64,000 bases of DNA from an uncultured Clostridia bacterium. GTDB taxonomy: Bacteria > Bacillota > DTU025 > MWDF01. A program made the translations under genes and the position numbers. Positions within the stretch are counted from its first letter, which is position 1. The number at the start of each line of letters is the position of its first letter. Below are positions 25,439-35,461 of the stretch, in pieces. The notes under the pieces were generated by a model. It was not told the DNA's origin. It saw nothing but the letters and a program-made list of their open reading frames with translations, and searched no databases. The DNA is taken from assembly GCA_964545975.1 (NCBI GenBank), contig CAZJHY010000002.1, positions 18,867 through 82,866 on the forward strand. Direction: 5' to 3'.

Positions 25439-26650
25439 CTATTCCCCCTCGGGGGCTGCCGACAATGTGAGGGTCAAATCCATCCTCTTGCCGTTTCTTA
25501 GTATCGTCAGCTTCACGTTTTCACCGATCTGCTTCTCCCTGACCCTTAAGGCCAGGTTGAACTTGCCCTCTGTGGATACCCCTTCAAACGCTTTTATTAT
25601 GTCGCCAGTCTTGATTCCTGCCCTTGAGGCCGGACTGCCGTCCGCGACATCCGCGACGTATATGCCGGACGTTTCCTTTATGCCGAGCTGCTCCGCCGCA
25701 TCTGCGTCAAGAGGGTAGTACCAGATGCCGATCCATGGCCTTGCGTATTTGCCGGTCTGTTTCAGCGACTGTATGGCATCCTTGACCGAGTCAATGGATA
25801 TTGCAAAGCTGATTCCCTGGGCATATGGGATTATCGCCGTATTGATGCCGACTATCTTGCCGTCCATGTTTATAAGAGGCCCGCCGCTGTTACCGGAGTT
25901 GATCGCAGCGTCGGTCTGTATTAGCTCGGCCTGAGAGATATCCTCCGCCCCTTCGACGTTCGCCAGGTTTCTTTCTATGGCGCTTACTATGCCGGCTGTG
26001 ACTGTATGCTCGAAGCCATGCGGATTGCCTATGGCAACAACCCATTCTCCGGGGCGCAGGTCCTTCGAGCTGCCAAGCACTGCATACGGAAGGCCGCTGG
26101 CCTCGACCTTAATCACAGCGATGTCATAGGCCGAGTAGCTTCCTATGAGCTTGGCATCGTAGGTCCGCCCATCCAGGAGGGTGACCTTTATCTCGTTCAT
26201 GCCGTCAATTACGTGATGGTTGGTAACTATGTAGCCGTCTGCGGATATGATGAAGCCTGATCCCGAGCCCTGCTGCTCGTACTGATAGTCGCCGAAGTTT
26301 CTGAATATGTCGCCGAAGATGCCGAAGTTCTCCTCGGGGGACTGCGATACGGTCTTCGTGACATCGATTCTAACCACCGCGGGGCTTACCGCTTCTGCGA
26401 TGTCCGCAATAGGCGGAAGCGCTGAAGCGTAGTCCGCACCTGTGGAAGGAAGCGCCGCGCCTCCTTCAAGAAGGCCGTCTGCATCCTCGTTTTGTTCCCC
26501 GGGGATGTCACCTGTTTCCTCCGTCTCATCCGATTGCCTGCTTAACGCGAGCTTGTCCCAGCCGTCGTATAGAACCATTCCGACTGCAAGAAGGCATGCG
26601 ATTATCACTATGAACGCTACAATCCTGTACACTCCGCCCTTTTCGGACAT
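25439..26650 (-). CDS. htrA: HtrA/DegP-family serine protease with one PDZ domain, membrane-anchored
   Basis: Motifs are GSGFIISADGYIVTNHHV, DIAVIKV and GNSGGPLINMDGKIVGINTA. The C-terminal PDZ block is GSPASRAGIKTGDII. Confidence 0.9.
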   Translation of the reverse strand: MSEKGGVYRIVAFIVIIACLLAVGMVLYDGWDKLALSRQSDETEETGDIPGEQNEDADGLLEGGAALPSTGADYASALPPIADIAEAVSPAVVRIDVTKTVSQSPEENFGIFGDIFRNFGDYQYEQQGSGSGFIISADGYIVTNHHVIDGMNEIKVTLLDGRTYDAKLIGSYSAYDIAVIKVEASGLPYAVLGSSKDLRPGEWVVAIGNPHGFEHTVTAGIVSAIERNLANVEGAEDISQAELIQTDAAINSGNSGGPLINMDGKIVGINTAIIPYAQGISFAISIDSVKDAIQSLKQTGKYARPWIGIWYYPLDADAAEQLGIKETSGIYVADVADGSPASRAGIKTGDIIKAFEGVSTEGKFNLALRVREKQIGENVKLTILRNGKRMDLTLTLSAAPEGE

Positions 26651-26672
26651 TCTATCACTCCCGTTTTCTTAC

Positions 26673-27314
26673 TCACCAATTGCTTCTGTATGAAGCCGGG
26701 CTGTATGAGCCCGATGTCTCGAAGGTCTGCACATACCGTGAAAGCCTGGGGTCGTCTATTGTCAATATCAGGTCGGACTGCGCCTGAGTAGAGCCCAGAG
26801 TAAGCGTGCCGTAGGATGCGCTGCTTACCACAGGCGAGCTCAGAGTGCCTATTCCGTTGGGGTTGAGGTCGGGGAGGACCACCTCCGCGGTATCGTCCAG
26901 CTGCTCCTCCAGGGGCTGCCTTGTCACAAGGCCCGCGATGGCTCCCGTGATGTTCACGTTGAATGCAAACTGCAGAATCGGGATGGCGATAAGCGTACCG
27001 ACAAGTGCCGCCGGAAGTAGCGCCCTTCCCAGGAATGAGAACAGCCCATATCGCCTTGCTCCGGCCGATGAGCCCTCCTCCTCCATCTCAAGCTGCAGCG
27101 CCCTGGTGCGGATGATCCCCATGTCGAAGGCTCCCTCGGGCTCCTCGGCGGGTTCCAGCTGCTCCAGCGCCTCTTTTATCCTCTCGAACTCATCGAGCAG
27201 CCTTGCGCAGCTGGCACACTCGATGACGTGCCTCTTTACCATCGCCGTCTCCTCGCTAGTCAGCTCCCTGTCGAGGAATGCGGAAAGCAGCCTCTCATAC
27301 TTGCTGCAAGTCAT
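26673..27314 (-). CDS. Anti-sigma factor (zf-HC2 type), single-pass membrane
   Basis: H-x3-C-x2-C (HVIECASC) lies after LSAFLDRELT, and there is a central TM segment. The gene abuts the sigma gene. Confidence 0.75.
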   Translation of the reverse strand: MTCSKYERLLSAFLDRELTSEETAMVKRHVIECASCARLLDEFERIKEALEQLEPAEEPEGAFDMGIIRTRALQLEMEEEGSSAGARRYGLFSFLGRALLPAALVGTLIAIPILQFAFNVNITGAIAGLVTRQPLEEQLDDTAEVVLPDLNPNGIGTLSSPVVSSASYGTLTLGSTQAQSDLILTIDDPRLSRYVQTFETSGSYSPASYRSNW

Positions 27315-27917
27315 CTAATTGATCCTCCTTTGGGCATCGAAGTGGGGCGCCAGCGCCTCCCTCAGGGCCTTCCTCGCCCTGTGGAGCCTGCTTCTGACCG
27401 TACCGATGGATGTGTTCATGATCCCTGCGATCTCCTCGTAGGAGAAGCCCTCGATGTCGCAAAGGATCACTACCATCCTGAACTCCGGCTGAAGCGCCTG
27501 AAGCGCCGCCGATACCCTGCTGTCCATCGCATTCTTGTCCAATACTATGAAGGGGTCCGCCCCGTGGTCGGGCAGCTCCCTTTGCATGCTGCCCTCCTCG
27601 GTCCTGACCGGGGCGTCGTATGACTCGGTCTCAGGGCGCCGCTTCCTCTTCCGTACCTCGTCTATGAAAAGGTTGGTCACTATCCTGTACAGCCACTTGT
27701 CGAAGGCCGTATCCTTCTTGTAGCTGTCGAAGGAGCGATATGCCCTGACAAAGGCGTCCTGGGCCAGGTCCTTGGCGTCCTCGGGGTTTCCCGTCATCCT
27801 GAGCGCAGCGTTATATACCGAGCCCTGATGCTTGCGCATGAGCTGCTCGAATTCCTCGGCCCGCGACATCCCGCCGGCGGCTGTGGCCAAAGTCCGCTCG
27901 GCAAGAATATTGAGCAT
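27315..27917 (-). CDS. ECF-type RNA polymerase sigma factor
   Basis: Region 2 is DLAQDAFVRAY and region 4 is FSYEEIAGIMNTSIGTVRSRLHRARKAL. Confidence 0.88.
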   Translation of the reverse strand: MLNILAERTLATAAGGMSRAEEFEQLMRKHQGSVYNAALRMTGNPEDAKDLAQDAFVRAYRSFDSYKKDTAFDKWLYRIVTNLFIDEVRKRKRRPETESYDAPVRTEEGSMQRELPDHGADPFIVLDKNAMDSRVSAALQALQPEFRMVVILCDIEGFSYEEIAGIMNTSIGTVRSRLHRARKALREALAPHFDAQRRIN

Positions 27918-27982
27918 TCGGCTTCCTCCATTGCTTGGGCATATGGGCCCAAAATTGACTAGAAATGTCGTTCAGTTCAGAA

Positions 27983-28010
27983 TAACGACAGGGAACCGCC
28001 TGTTGTTCCC
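27983..28010 (-). promoter_or_regulatory. Candidate ECF-type autoregulated promoter
   Basis: The minus strand reads GGGAAC-N17-CGTTA about 60 nt upstream of the sigma gene ATG. Confidence 0.4.
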
Positions 28011-28068
28011 GTAATCATTATAGTGCGTATCGGCAAATGGGCGAAACAGGCTCGGAAGGCGGTATGGC

Positions 28069-29370
28069 ATGCAGGGCCCTGAGATGAACGGGAAAAGGCT
28101 CCTTGAGCCGTCTGAGCTCCCTCAAAGGGTGAGGGAGGCGCTTTCCCGCCTTAAAGAGGACGGAAACAGCGCCTACATCGTCGGAGGGGCCATAAGGGAC
28201 ATTTACGTCAAGGGAAGCGCCGATGACTGGGACATAGCAACATCCGCCCGACCGGACAGGGTGAAGCTGCTGTTCCCCCATAATGCGCCCTTAGGGGAGC
28301 GGCATGGATCAGTCATGGCGATATTCGACGACGGTACCGTGGACATCACCACTTTCAGGACCGAGGGAGCCTACAGCGACTCCAGAAGGCCGGACAGCGT
28401 TGGCTACGTTGGGGATATTGAGCAGGACCTCTCCCGACGCGACTTCACCATGAACGCCATGGCTTGGGATCCATATGACAATAGGCTTATCGACCCATTC
28501 GGAGGATCAAGGGATATTGAATCAAGGATCATAAGGGCGGTTGGAGATCCCAGGGTCAGGTTCACCGAGGATGCTTTGAGGATGCTGAGGGCCTTAAGGT
28601 TCTGCTCCGCGCTGTGTTTTGAAATCGACAACGGCATTAAGGAGGCCATCAGGGCGGAAAGCAGGGGCATTGCCCTCATCTCCGGTGAGAGGAAGGCCAT
28701 GGAGCTGGGAAGAACCGTCCTTGGCCCATGCGCCCAGAATGCTCTGGCCATGATGGTGGAACTCGGGCTTGCTGAGGCGATCTTCCCCGGTCTGGAACGG
28801 GGGCTGATGCTGACCGCAGCCCGCAATATCGGCGATCTCCCGCAGGATGCGCTCATAAGGCTTGCGGCGTTCATATCCTCATCCGAGCCAGAAGGACCTC
28901 AGAGAGTCCAGTCGGCGCTGTCGGCAAGGCTTGATGCCCTGAAGCTTCCGAAGGCCGCCAGGCTTCATGCGGTGAGGCTGGCCGAGGGGCTTTACGAAGG
29001 GTACAAGCTTTCGGACGGGCCGTCCATCAGAAGGTGGGCTGCGCTCCTGGGGAGGGAAGCGGCTCAAGAGGGGCTCGCATTAAGAAGCTGGTACGACAGG
29101 TTATTCCGCCCGGATTCGGACTGGAGGGCTGAAAGGCGGAGGGTGGAATCAGTGCTTGCGGAGAAGCCCCCTCTTGCCATGGATGAGCTTCAGATCAGAG
29201 GCTCAGACATAGTCAGCCTGCTTAACGGGGAGAAGGGGCCGAGGGTTAAGGCCGTTATGAACAGGATCTACCTTGATGTACTGGATGCACCTGAGCTCAA
29301 CGACAGGCAGAAGCTTCTGATGCTCGCCTGGATGTATATAAAAGGAGACGAAGGAGGATTGCCGCAATGA
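28069..29370 (+). CDS. cca: CCA-adding tRNA nucleotidyltransferase / poly(A) polymerase family
   Basis: AYIVGGAIRDIYVKGSADDWDIATSARPDRV, then RRDFTMNAMA. Confidence 0.85.
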   Translation: MQGPEMNGKRLLEPSELPQRVREALSRLKEDGNSAYIVGGAIRDIYVKGSADDWDIATSARPDRVKLLFPHNAPLGERHGSVMAIFDDGTVDITTFRTEGAYSDSRRPDSVGYVGDIEQDLSRRDFTMNAMAWDPYDNRLIDPFGGSRDIESRIIRAVGDPRVRFTEDALRMLRALRFCSALCFEIDNGIKEAIRAESRGIALISGERKAMELGRTVLGPCAQNALAMMVELGLAEAIFPGLERGLMLTAARNIGDLPQDALIRLAAFISSSEPEGPQRVQSALSARLDALKLPKAARLHAVRLAEGLYEGYKLSDGPSIRRWAALLGREAAQEGLALRSWYDRLFRPDSDWRAERRRVESVLAEKPPLAMDELQIRGSDIVSLLNGEKGPRVKAVMNRIYLDVLDAPELNDRQKLLMLAWMYIKGDEGGLPQ

Positions 29371-30509
29371 AGATCGTGCTTGCCCCAGACTCTTTCAAGG
29401 GCTGCCTTACGGCGGTCGAGGTCTGCGACGCCCTGGAGAACGGGATAAGAAGGCGGTTTCCGGAAGCAGAAGTGGTCAAAGTCCCCATGGCCGACGGCGG
29501 GGAGGGCACTGTGCAGTCACTGGTGGACGTCTCCGGAGGCAAGGTGATCGAGAAGACGGTCCATGACCCCCTGGGAAGGAGGGTCAAATCCTTCTTCGGG
29601 ATTATGGGGGACGGCAGCACGGCGGTCATTGAGATGGCGGCGGCATCGGGCCTTCCCCTTCTGAGGCAGGGGGAGAGGAATCCGAGGGTCACAAGCACCG
29701 TAGGCACCGGCGAGCTGATACTGGAGGCCATCGGGATGGGGGCCAGAAGGGTGATAATGGGAATAGGGGGGTCAGCCACCAATGACGGGGGAAGGGGCAT
29801 GGCGGAGGCGCTGGGTGCGAGGTTCATGGATTCGGACGGAAAGCCTCTGGCTGAACCTGGAGGCGCGGCTCTTCACAGCCTTGCATCCATCGATGTGAGC
29901 GGGCTTGATGAAAGGCTCGCCGGGGTGCAGTTCATCGTTGCATGCGACGTCGACAACCCGCTGACAGGGCCCAAGGGCGCATCGGCGGTATACGGGCCTC
30001 AGAAGGGAGCGACTCCCGCTGACGTGGAGTACCTGGACGCAGCCCTTGCGAATTACGCCCATGTTGTGAAAAGGCAGCTCGGCAAGGATGTATCTGAGGT
30101 CCCTGGCGCAGGGGCCGCAGGAGGCTTGGGCGCCGGGCTACTGACCTTCTGCAACGCGACATTGCGCAGGGGAGTTGAGATAGTCGTGGAAGCTACTGGC
30201 CTTACGGATAAGTGCAGGGGCGCAGACCTCGTAATAAGCGGAGAGGGCAGGACCGATTTCCAGACCAAATTCGGAAAAACGCCCATGGGGGTCGCAAAGG
30301 CGGCCAAGGTGCACAAGATTCCTGTTATACTAATCAGCGGCAGCATAGCAGCCGGAGCGAGGGATTTGTACGAGCTGGGAGTCGAGGCCCTGTTTGCTAT
30401 TCCGAACGGGCCAATGACGCTGGAGTCTTCCCTCAAGGACGCTGAGGCGCTTCTGTCAGACGCAGCGGAGAATGCAGTCAGGCTTTTCGCCGTGGGCAAG
30501 GGGCTCTAA
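29367..30509 (+). CDS. glxK: Glycerate kinase
   Basis: MKIVLAPDSFKGCLTA, ADGGEGT and the C-terminal GEGRTDFQTKFGKTP blocks. It overlaps cca by 4 nt. Confidence 0.85.
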   Translation: MKIVLAPDSFKGCLTAVEVCDALENGIRRRFPEAEVVKVPMADGGEGTVQSLVDVSGGKVIEKTVHDPLGRRVKSFFGIMGDGSTAVIEMAAASGLPLLRQGERNPRVTSTVGTGELILEAIGMGARRVIMGIGGSATNDGGRGMAEALGARFMDSDGKPLAEPGGAALHSLASIDVSGLDERLAGVQFIVACDVDNPLTGPKGASAVYGPQKGATPADVEYLDAALANYAHVVKRQLGKDVSEVPGAGAAGGLGAGLLTFCNATLRRGVEIVVEATGLTDKCRGADLVISGEGRTDFQTKFGKTPMGVAKAAKVHKIPVILISGSIAAGARDLYELGVEALFAIPNGPMTLESSLKDAEALLSDAAENAVRLFAVGKGL

Positions 30510-30552
30510 GGAGCCGGAAGCCCATGCTGGCGGAATGCTGCCGGAGGATTTC

Positions 30553-31983
30553 ATGGCTACAGAAAGGCAAAGAAGGATACTTAGGTCCTTCGAGGGCAAG
30601 AGGGTCGCAGTCGCCGGCCTCGGCCGCACAAGCGTGCCGCTGGTTAGGCTTCTATCGGGCTCCGGCGCAAGGGTCACCGTATTCGACAAGAAGGGCCAGA
30701 AGGAGCTTATCTCGCAACTGGACCAGCTTAGGGGCTCCGTCTATGAGCTTCGTGCGGGGACTGACTCTTTCGATGGCATAAGCTGCTTCGATTACTTCTT
30801 TCCGTCTCCGGGGATCAACCCCGACAGGCCGGACTTCCTATCAGCAAAGGCGGCAGGGGTCAAGTTCGGCTATGAGATAGAGCTTACCATTGAGCTGGCG
30901 GAATGCCCTGTGATCGGCATTACGGGGAGCTCAGGGAAGACCACGACCACCACCCTTGTGGGCCTTATGCTTGAGGAGGCCTGCAGGCGCCGCGGCAAGG
31001 GAGTCGTCATGGTAGGCGGAAACATCGGAAGGCCGCTGGTCGAGGAAGTGCTCTCTGGCTCGCCAAGCGATTTCGCGGTGCTTGAGATGTCCAGCTTTCA
31101 GCTGAAGTTCATACGCACCAGCCCCGATATCTCCGCAGTGCTCAACATAACACCGAACCACCTGGACGTGCATCCTAGCATGGAGGACTATATATCGTCC
31201 AAGGCGAATATACTCGCCTTCCAGGGGAAGGATTCAACTGCGGTGCTTGGCGCGGACGATCCTACGGCGGCATCGCTGGCCTCCGCCTGCAAGGGCCGCT
31301 TGCTGTGGTTCTCAACGGAAACTGAGGTCGAGGCGGGTGCTTTCCTGAAAGGCGACGTGCTTATGCTCAGGATGCCCGGCCGATCGGACGAGGCTGTGAT
31401 GTCAAGGCATGACATAAGGATACCGGGGATGCACAACGTCCTGAACGTGCTGGCGTCGATGGCTGTGTCTGCCGCAGCAGGCGCTGAGGCTTCGGACATG
31501 CGCTCTGCGGTGATTGGTTTCACCGGGGTCGAGCATAGGCTCGAGCACGCCGGGGAGGATGACGGTGTGCTCTATGTCAACGACTCGATAGCTACCAGCC
31601 CAGCAAGGACGATAGCGGCCCTTGAGGCCTTCGACAGGCCCATTGTGCTCATTGCGGGAGGATACGACAAGCACCTTCCGTTTGACGAGATGGCGGAGAT
31701 CGCACTAGGCAGGGTAAGGCATCTGGTCACGCTTGGAGTCACTGCGGGGAAGATAGAGGAAGCCTTCGCCGCCGCTGCGGCAAGGACGGGGAAGGCGCTT
31801 CCTGGAATGGAGAGGTCCGCTACTTTCGATGATGCCGTCATGGCGGCATCAAGGGCGGCAAGAGAAGGGGACGTGGTCCTTATGTCGCCTGCTTGCGCAA
31901 GCTACGACATGTTCAACAACTTCGAGGAGCGCGGCAGGCGTTTCAAGGAGCTTGCCGGGGAGATTACGGGCAAAGGGAGGTAA
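30553..31983 (+). CDS. murD: UDP-N-acetylmuramoylalanine--D-glutamate ligase
   Basis: The start was set to the ATG at 30553 (GGAGGA 4 nt upstream). Motifs are [22 protein letters not shown] and DSIATSP. Confidence 0.88.
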   Translation: MATERQRRILRSFEGKRVAVAGLGRTSVPLVRLLSGSGARVTVFDKKGQKELISQLDQLRGSVYELRAGTDSFDGISCFDYFFPSPGINPDRPDFLSAKAAGVKFGYEIELTIELAECPVIGITGSSGKTTTTTLVGLMLEEACRRRGKGVVMVGGNIGRPLVEEVLSGSPSDFAVLEMSSFQLKFIRTSPDISAVLNITPNHLDVHPSMEDYISSKANILAFQGKDSTAVLGADDPTAASLASACKGRLLWFSTETEVEAGAFLKGDVLMLRMPGRSDEAVMSRHDIRIPGMHNVLNVLASMAVSAAAGAEASDMRSAVIGFTGVEHRLEHAGEDDGVLYVNDSIATSPARTIAALEAFDRPIVLIAGGYDKHLPFDEMAEIALGRVRHLVTLGVTAGKIEEAFAAAAARTGKALPGMERSATFDDAVMAASRAAREGDVVLMSPACASYDMFNNFEERGRRFKELAGEITGKGR

Positions 31984-31987
31984 TCAG

Positions 31988-32854
31988 ATGTCCGCTATCA
32001 TAATCGACGGAAAGGCAGTCGCTGCCGAAATCAGGGAGGGCCTCAAATGCGAGGTGGCCAAGTTCACGGAGGCTTACGGTAGGGCGCCCGGACTTGCCGT
32101 CGTAATCGTAGGGGAGGATCCGGCCAGCAGGACCTATGTCAACAACAAGAAGAAGGGCTGCGCGGAGCTGGGTATGTACTCTGAAGAGCACTCCCTGCCG
32201 GACACGACGACGCAGTGCGAGCTAGTGGAGCTGGTCAACAGGCTTAACTGCGATCCGAACATCGACGGCATCCTCGTGCAGCTGCCGCTTCCCAAGCACA
32301 TGGACGCCGACGCGGTAATAAGCACGATAGACCCGATGAAGGACGTCGACGGGTTCCATCCCGTCAGCGTGGGAAACCTCATGATAGGAAGGCCTTGCCT
32401 TAAGTCATGCACCCCCGCCGGGATAATGGAGCTCATCAGAAGAAGCGGGCAGGAGCTCACAGGAAAGAACGCAGTCGTGGTAGGCAGGAGCAACATCGTA
32501 GGGAAGCCCGTCTCCCTTCTTCTGCTCGAGAAGCATGCCACAGTCACGATATGCCATTCCAGGACGAAGGACCTGGCCGAAGTCTGCCGAAGGGCTGACG
32601 TGCTCGTTGCGGCGGTAGGAAAGGCCAAGCTAATAAAGGGCGATTGGATAAAGCCCGGCGCAGTCGTGATAGACGTCGGCACCAATAAAGTCGAAGGCTC
32701 CAAGAAACTTGTCGGAGATGTGGATTTCGATGAAGCAAAGGAGGTTGCCGGCTGGATCACACCCGTTCCCGGAGGAGTGGGGCCGATGACGATAACCATG
32801 CTCATGAACAACACCTTGAGGGCCGCGAAGGCCATACAGGAATGCAGGAAGTAG
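31988..32854 (+). CDS. folD: Bifunctional methylenetetrahydrofolate dehydrogenase/cyclohydrolase
   Basis: The start was set to the ATG at 31988 (GGGAGG upstream). Motifs are [35 protein letters not shown] and GGVGPMT. Confidence 0.92.
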   Translation: MSAIIIDGKAVAAEIREGLKCEVAKFTEAYGRAPGLAVVIVGEDPASRTYVNNKKKGCAELGMYSEEHSLPDTTTQCELVELVNRLNCDPNIDGILVQLPLPKHMDADAVISTIDPMKDVDGFHPVSVGNLMIGRPCLKSCTPAGIMELIRRSGQELTGKNAVVVGRSNIVGKPVSLLLLEKHATVTICHSRTKDLAEVCRRADVLVAAVGKAKLIKGDWIKPGAVVIDVGTNKVEGSKKLVGDVDFDEAKEVAGWITPVPGGVGPMTITMLMNNTLRAAKAIQECRK

Positions 32855-32871
32855 GCGGAAAAGCCCGCGAC

Positions 32872-33570
32872 ATGCTTCTGGAGCTTCTCAAGAGGGAGCC
32901 CATAGTGAACTACGGGTTCATCAGATACTTGGGGAAATATGAAGTTAAGAGGTCGGCGGTGTGCGGGGGATCCTGCGCCGCCGTCTTCGGTTTCGGGGAC
33001 GAGCGTTTCGGGGCGCTGTACTCAAGAGACGAGGATGAGGCACGGAGTGTCTGTAAGATCTTTGAAGGGATCACCGACCTTGCGATAGAGCCTGCCTTCG
33101 ACTGGAGCATCAGTGCCGCCCTTGGTGAGAGGAAGCCGGCAAACGTCCTGCATGCGGTGATGCTTTACTTGCCGGAGGATGTTGAAGTGGGCAAGCCGTC
33201 CAGTGAAGTCGTGGAGATCGGAGATGAACATACCGAGACGGTCTACTCCAATTATGCAAGGGCGGAGCTGGTAAATCTCGATTATATCAGGGAAAGGCTC
33301 TCCGAAGGCCCTGCGGTGGGAGTCTTCAGGGACGGCGCCCTGGTGGGGTGGGCCATGACCCATGACGACATGGCCATGGGCATGCTTACCGTGCTTCCCG
33401 AGTACAGAAGGCAGGGGATCGCCTACGACATTACGCTGGCGCTCATTAGGAAGATGAGGCAGATTGGCGAGATTCCGATAGTTCACATCTCAAAGGGCAA
33501 CTCGATGTCCCTGCCGCTTGTCCGGAAGCTGGGATTTCTCGAAATCTGTGACGTCATGTTCATAAGCTGA
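32872..33570 (+). CDS. GNAT family N-acetyltransferase
   Basis: The C-terminal acetyl-CoA block is LTVLPEYRRQGIAYDI. The start could be 32842 or 32872. Confidence 0.65.
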   Translation: MLLELLKREPIVNYGFIRYLGKYEVKRSAVCGGSCAAVFGFGDERFGALYSRDEDEARSVCKIFEGITDLAIEPAFDWSISAALGERKPANVLHAVMLYLPEDVEVGKPSSEVVEIGDEHTETVYSNYARAELVNLDYIRERLSEGPAVGVFRDGALVGWAMTHDDMAMGMLTVLPEYRRQGIAYDITLALIRKMRQIGEIPIVHISKGNSMSLPLVRKLGFLEICDVMFIS

Positions 33571-33573
33571 TTA

Positions 33574-33606
33574 CAGGCGGTGAGGCAAGCACCGCCTGAC
33601 TTTTTC
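33574..33606 (+). terminator. Rho-independent terminator
   Basis: CAGGCGGT pairs with ACCGCCTG, followed by ACTTTTT. Confidence 0.65.
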
Positions 33607-33690
33607 GGGAGCTAAGCGAAGGAATAGAGGATTCCGGGCGGGATTATTGAATTACGGTTCATTCCTAATAATTCAGGAGGGGGTGACTGT

Positions 33691-34338
33691 ATGAAGGGCT
33701 TGCGCATGATTGCAACGATTTGCATGCTTGCGGTCCTGTTTATGCTTGCTGGCTGCAGGGCATCCTGGGTGGTCGATTTCACGGAGGCGGAGGATGCAGA
33801 CCTTGATGATTGGGGAGGATACACATCCTGGAGCCTGAACGACCCTGAAGGCACCGGCCTTACCGTGCCTTACGATTACGTGATGACGCCGGTCGGCTTC
33901 CCTTCGGACTTCGCTCTTACGATTTGGATGAAGATGAAGACCAGCGAAATCAACAACGCGGACTTCAGGATATGGATCGCTGGAGATGAAAGCGATTATC
34001 CGGAGCACTACATAGAGTGCGTCTTCTCTGAAGCCGGGGATGAGGACAATGAGGAGGTGCTCATCCACGAGGACGGTGTAGGCATAGGCTACAGGGACGT
34101 GGACACCTTGAAACCGATTCCTGGGTTGAAGTCAGGAGACAATGTATTCAAGCTTGTAAGAAACGGCGACCATTATCGGATTACGGTGAATGGGGCGCTT
34201 CTTGCGAGCTTCGATGCACTTTACTTCGATCCTGAGGCATGCTATGTGGCTTTCGTCACACCCGACACTTCCGACGTAGTCATCTACTACACGAAGATCA
34301 AGGTAGATTACGAAGGGGAGACGGTCCCCCTGCATTGA
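33691..34338 (+). CDS. Hypothetical lipoprotein (beta-sandwich-like)
   Basis: Lipobox MLAGC with a strong GGAGGGGG RBS. No family was recognised. Confidence 0.6.
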   Translation: MKGLRMIATICMLAVLFMLAGCRASWVVDFTEAEDADLDDWGGYTSWSLNDPEGTGLTVPYDYVMTPVGFPSDFALTIWMKMKTSEINNADFRIWIAGDESDYPEHYIECVFSEAGDEDNEEVLIHEDGVGIGYRDVDTLKPIPGLKSGDNVFKLVRNGDHYRITVNGALLASFDALYFDPEACYVAFVTPDTSDVVIYYTKIKVDYEGETVPLH

Positions 34339-34369
34339 TGGAAGGACGACTTGGAAAGCGGTGATCTGA

Positions 34370-34843
34370 TTGAAGCATCTTAGTTTTAGGCTGACAATAC
34401 TCGTAATCCTGATTTCCATATTCATGCCGCACATAGCCCTTGCCGTGGATAAAGGGCTCAGCTACGAATGGGTCAGGGAAGGACTTACGGCTCCGCTGGC
34501 TGCCGTAAGCGGTGACGGTTCCGTCCTTGTAGCAGACGGCGAGCAGCTGTTGAGGCTCACCGGTGCTGGCGTTCAGCAATGGAGCATCAAGCTGGGTGAG
34601 AAAACAAAATTCCTGGAGGCGGACGCAAAGGGAGGATGCTGGGCAGCTTCCGATGAAACCGTCGCAAGGGTGCTGCCATCAGGTAAGGTCTCATGGACAT
34701 ATCGCTGCGATGAGAGGATCACCTGCCTGGAGCCCCTGCCCGACGGAAGGGTGCTTGTGGGGACCAGCCTGGGAGGCTTCCTGCTGGATGAGGATGGCAG
34801 GTTCGTGTGGCTGTACGACCCAGCCACCGGCTGCGACACTTGA
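34370..34843 (+). CDS. Secreted beta-propeller-like protein, N-terminal half; ends at an in-frame TGA
   Basis: TTG start and a signal peptide. PQQ-like blade motifs recur (G-x-V-x-W). The C-terminus is ..ATGCDT-TGA. Confidence 0.6.
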   Translation: MKHLSFRLTILVILISIFMPHIALAVDKGLSYEWVREGLTAPLAAVSGDGSVLVADGEQLLRLTGAGVQQWSIKLGEKTKFLEADAKGGCWAASDETVARVLPSGKVSWTYRCDERITCLEPLPDGRVLVGTSLGGFLLDEDGRFVWLYDPATGCDT

Positions 34844-34852
34844 ATACCTATC

Positions 34853-34880
34853 ATTCTTGGACCTGTAAGGTCCATGGAAT
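34853..34880 (+). other. Stem-loop immediately 3' of the in-frame TGA (SECIS-like candidate, or a structure occluding the next ATG)
   Basis: ATTC with GAAT forms the lower stem, with an internal loop. GGACC (34859-34863) pairs with GGTCC (34869-34873) around the loop UGUAA. Confidence 0.45.
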
Positions 34881-35461
34881 ACCTCGGCGGAGATGACATA
34901 CTCTTCCTCGGTCAGGTTTTCGGCATATACAGCGACATGGAGGCGCTCGACTACCTTACCGTGGTGAGCGTCAAATACGGGGACACATCTTACGACTGCA
35001 ATTACCTGTGGCCTTTCAATCTCTACGAGGCAGTGGCGGTGGCAAGGGATGCGATAGTAGTGTCTGCCGACTACCGGAGGGTCTGCAGATGGAACGGGGT
35101 AAGCGGCACGACGGTAGACTGGCAGGTATCAATCGATATCCCTTCCTACATCGTCAGGAGAGATGAGGGAAGCGTACTTGCGGTGGCCGATGATATGAGA
35201 ACAGCATTCCCGATCATGCTTTCCGACGGAAAGGTAGAAGCGGGTTCCTCCCTGCCGTTCGCAATTATCGCAAGACCTGCATCCCTGGGGGAAAATGGGG
35301 TGGCAATCGCGGGGCAGGGGGTAGTCGCCCTCCTCTCATGGGACCTTTTGGTCCTTGGGGAGATCCGCGACGACAGGATAGGTCAGGGGAGCATCCTAAT
35401 CCCTGATAGGGACTCAGTGATAGTAGTAGGGAGAGGATTTGTGGCGAAGATAGAGCTATAA
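34874..35461 (+). CDS. Beta-propeller-like protein, C-terminal half; same frame as 34370..34843, no signal peptide
   Basis: The ATG at 34874 is in phase with the upstream ORF, with 10 sense codons between the TGA and the ATG. Blade-like repeats continue. Confidence 0.55.
   Translation: MEYLGGDDILFLGQVFGIYSDMEALDYLTVVSVKYGDTSYDCNYLWPFNLYEAVAVARDAIVVSADYRRVCRWNGVSGTTVDWQVSIDIPSYIVRRDEGSVLAVADDMRTAFPIMLSDGKVEAGSSLPFAIIARPASLGENGVAIAGQGVVALLSWDLLVLGEIRDDRIGQGSILIPDRDSVIVVGRGFVAKIEL

Noticed and set aside
27991-28016. Plus-strand GGAAC...CGTAA reading toward cca, as an ECF promoter.
   Set aside because: The spacing is only 13 nt. The same palindrome read on the minus strand gives the expected N17 spacing in front of the sigma gene, so only that orientation was kept.
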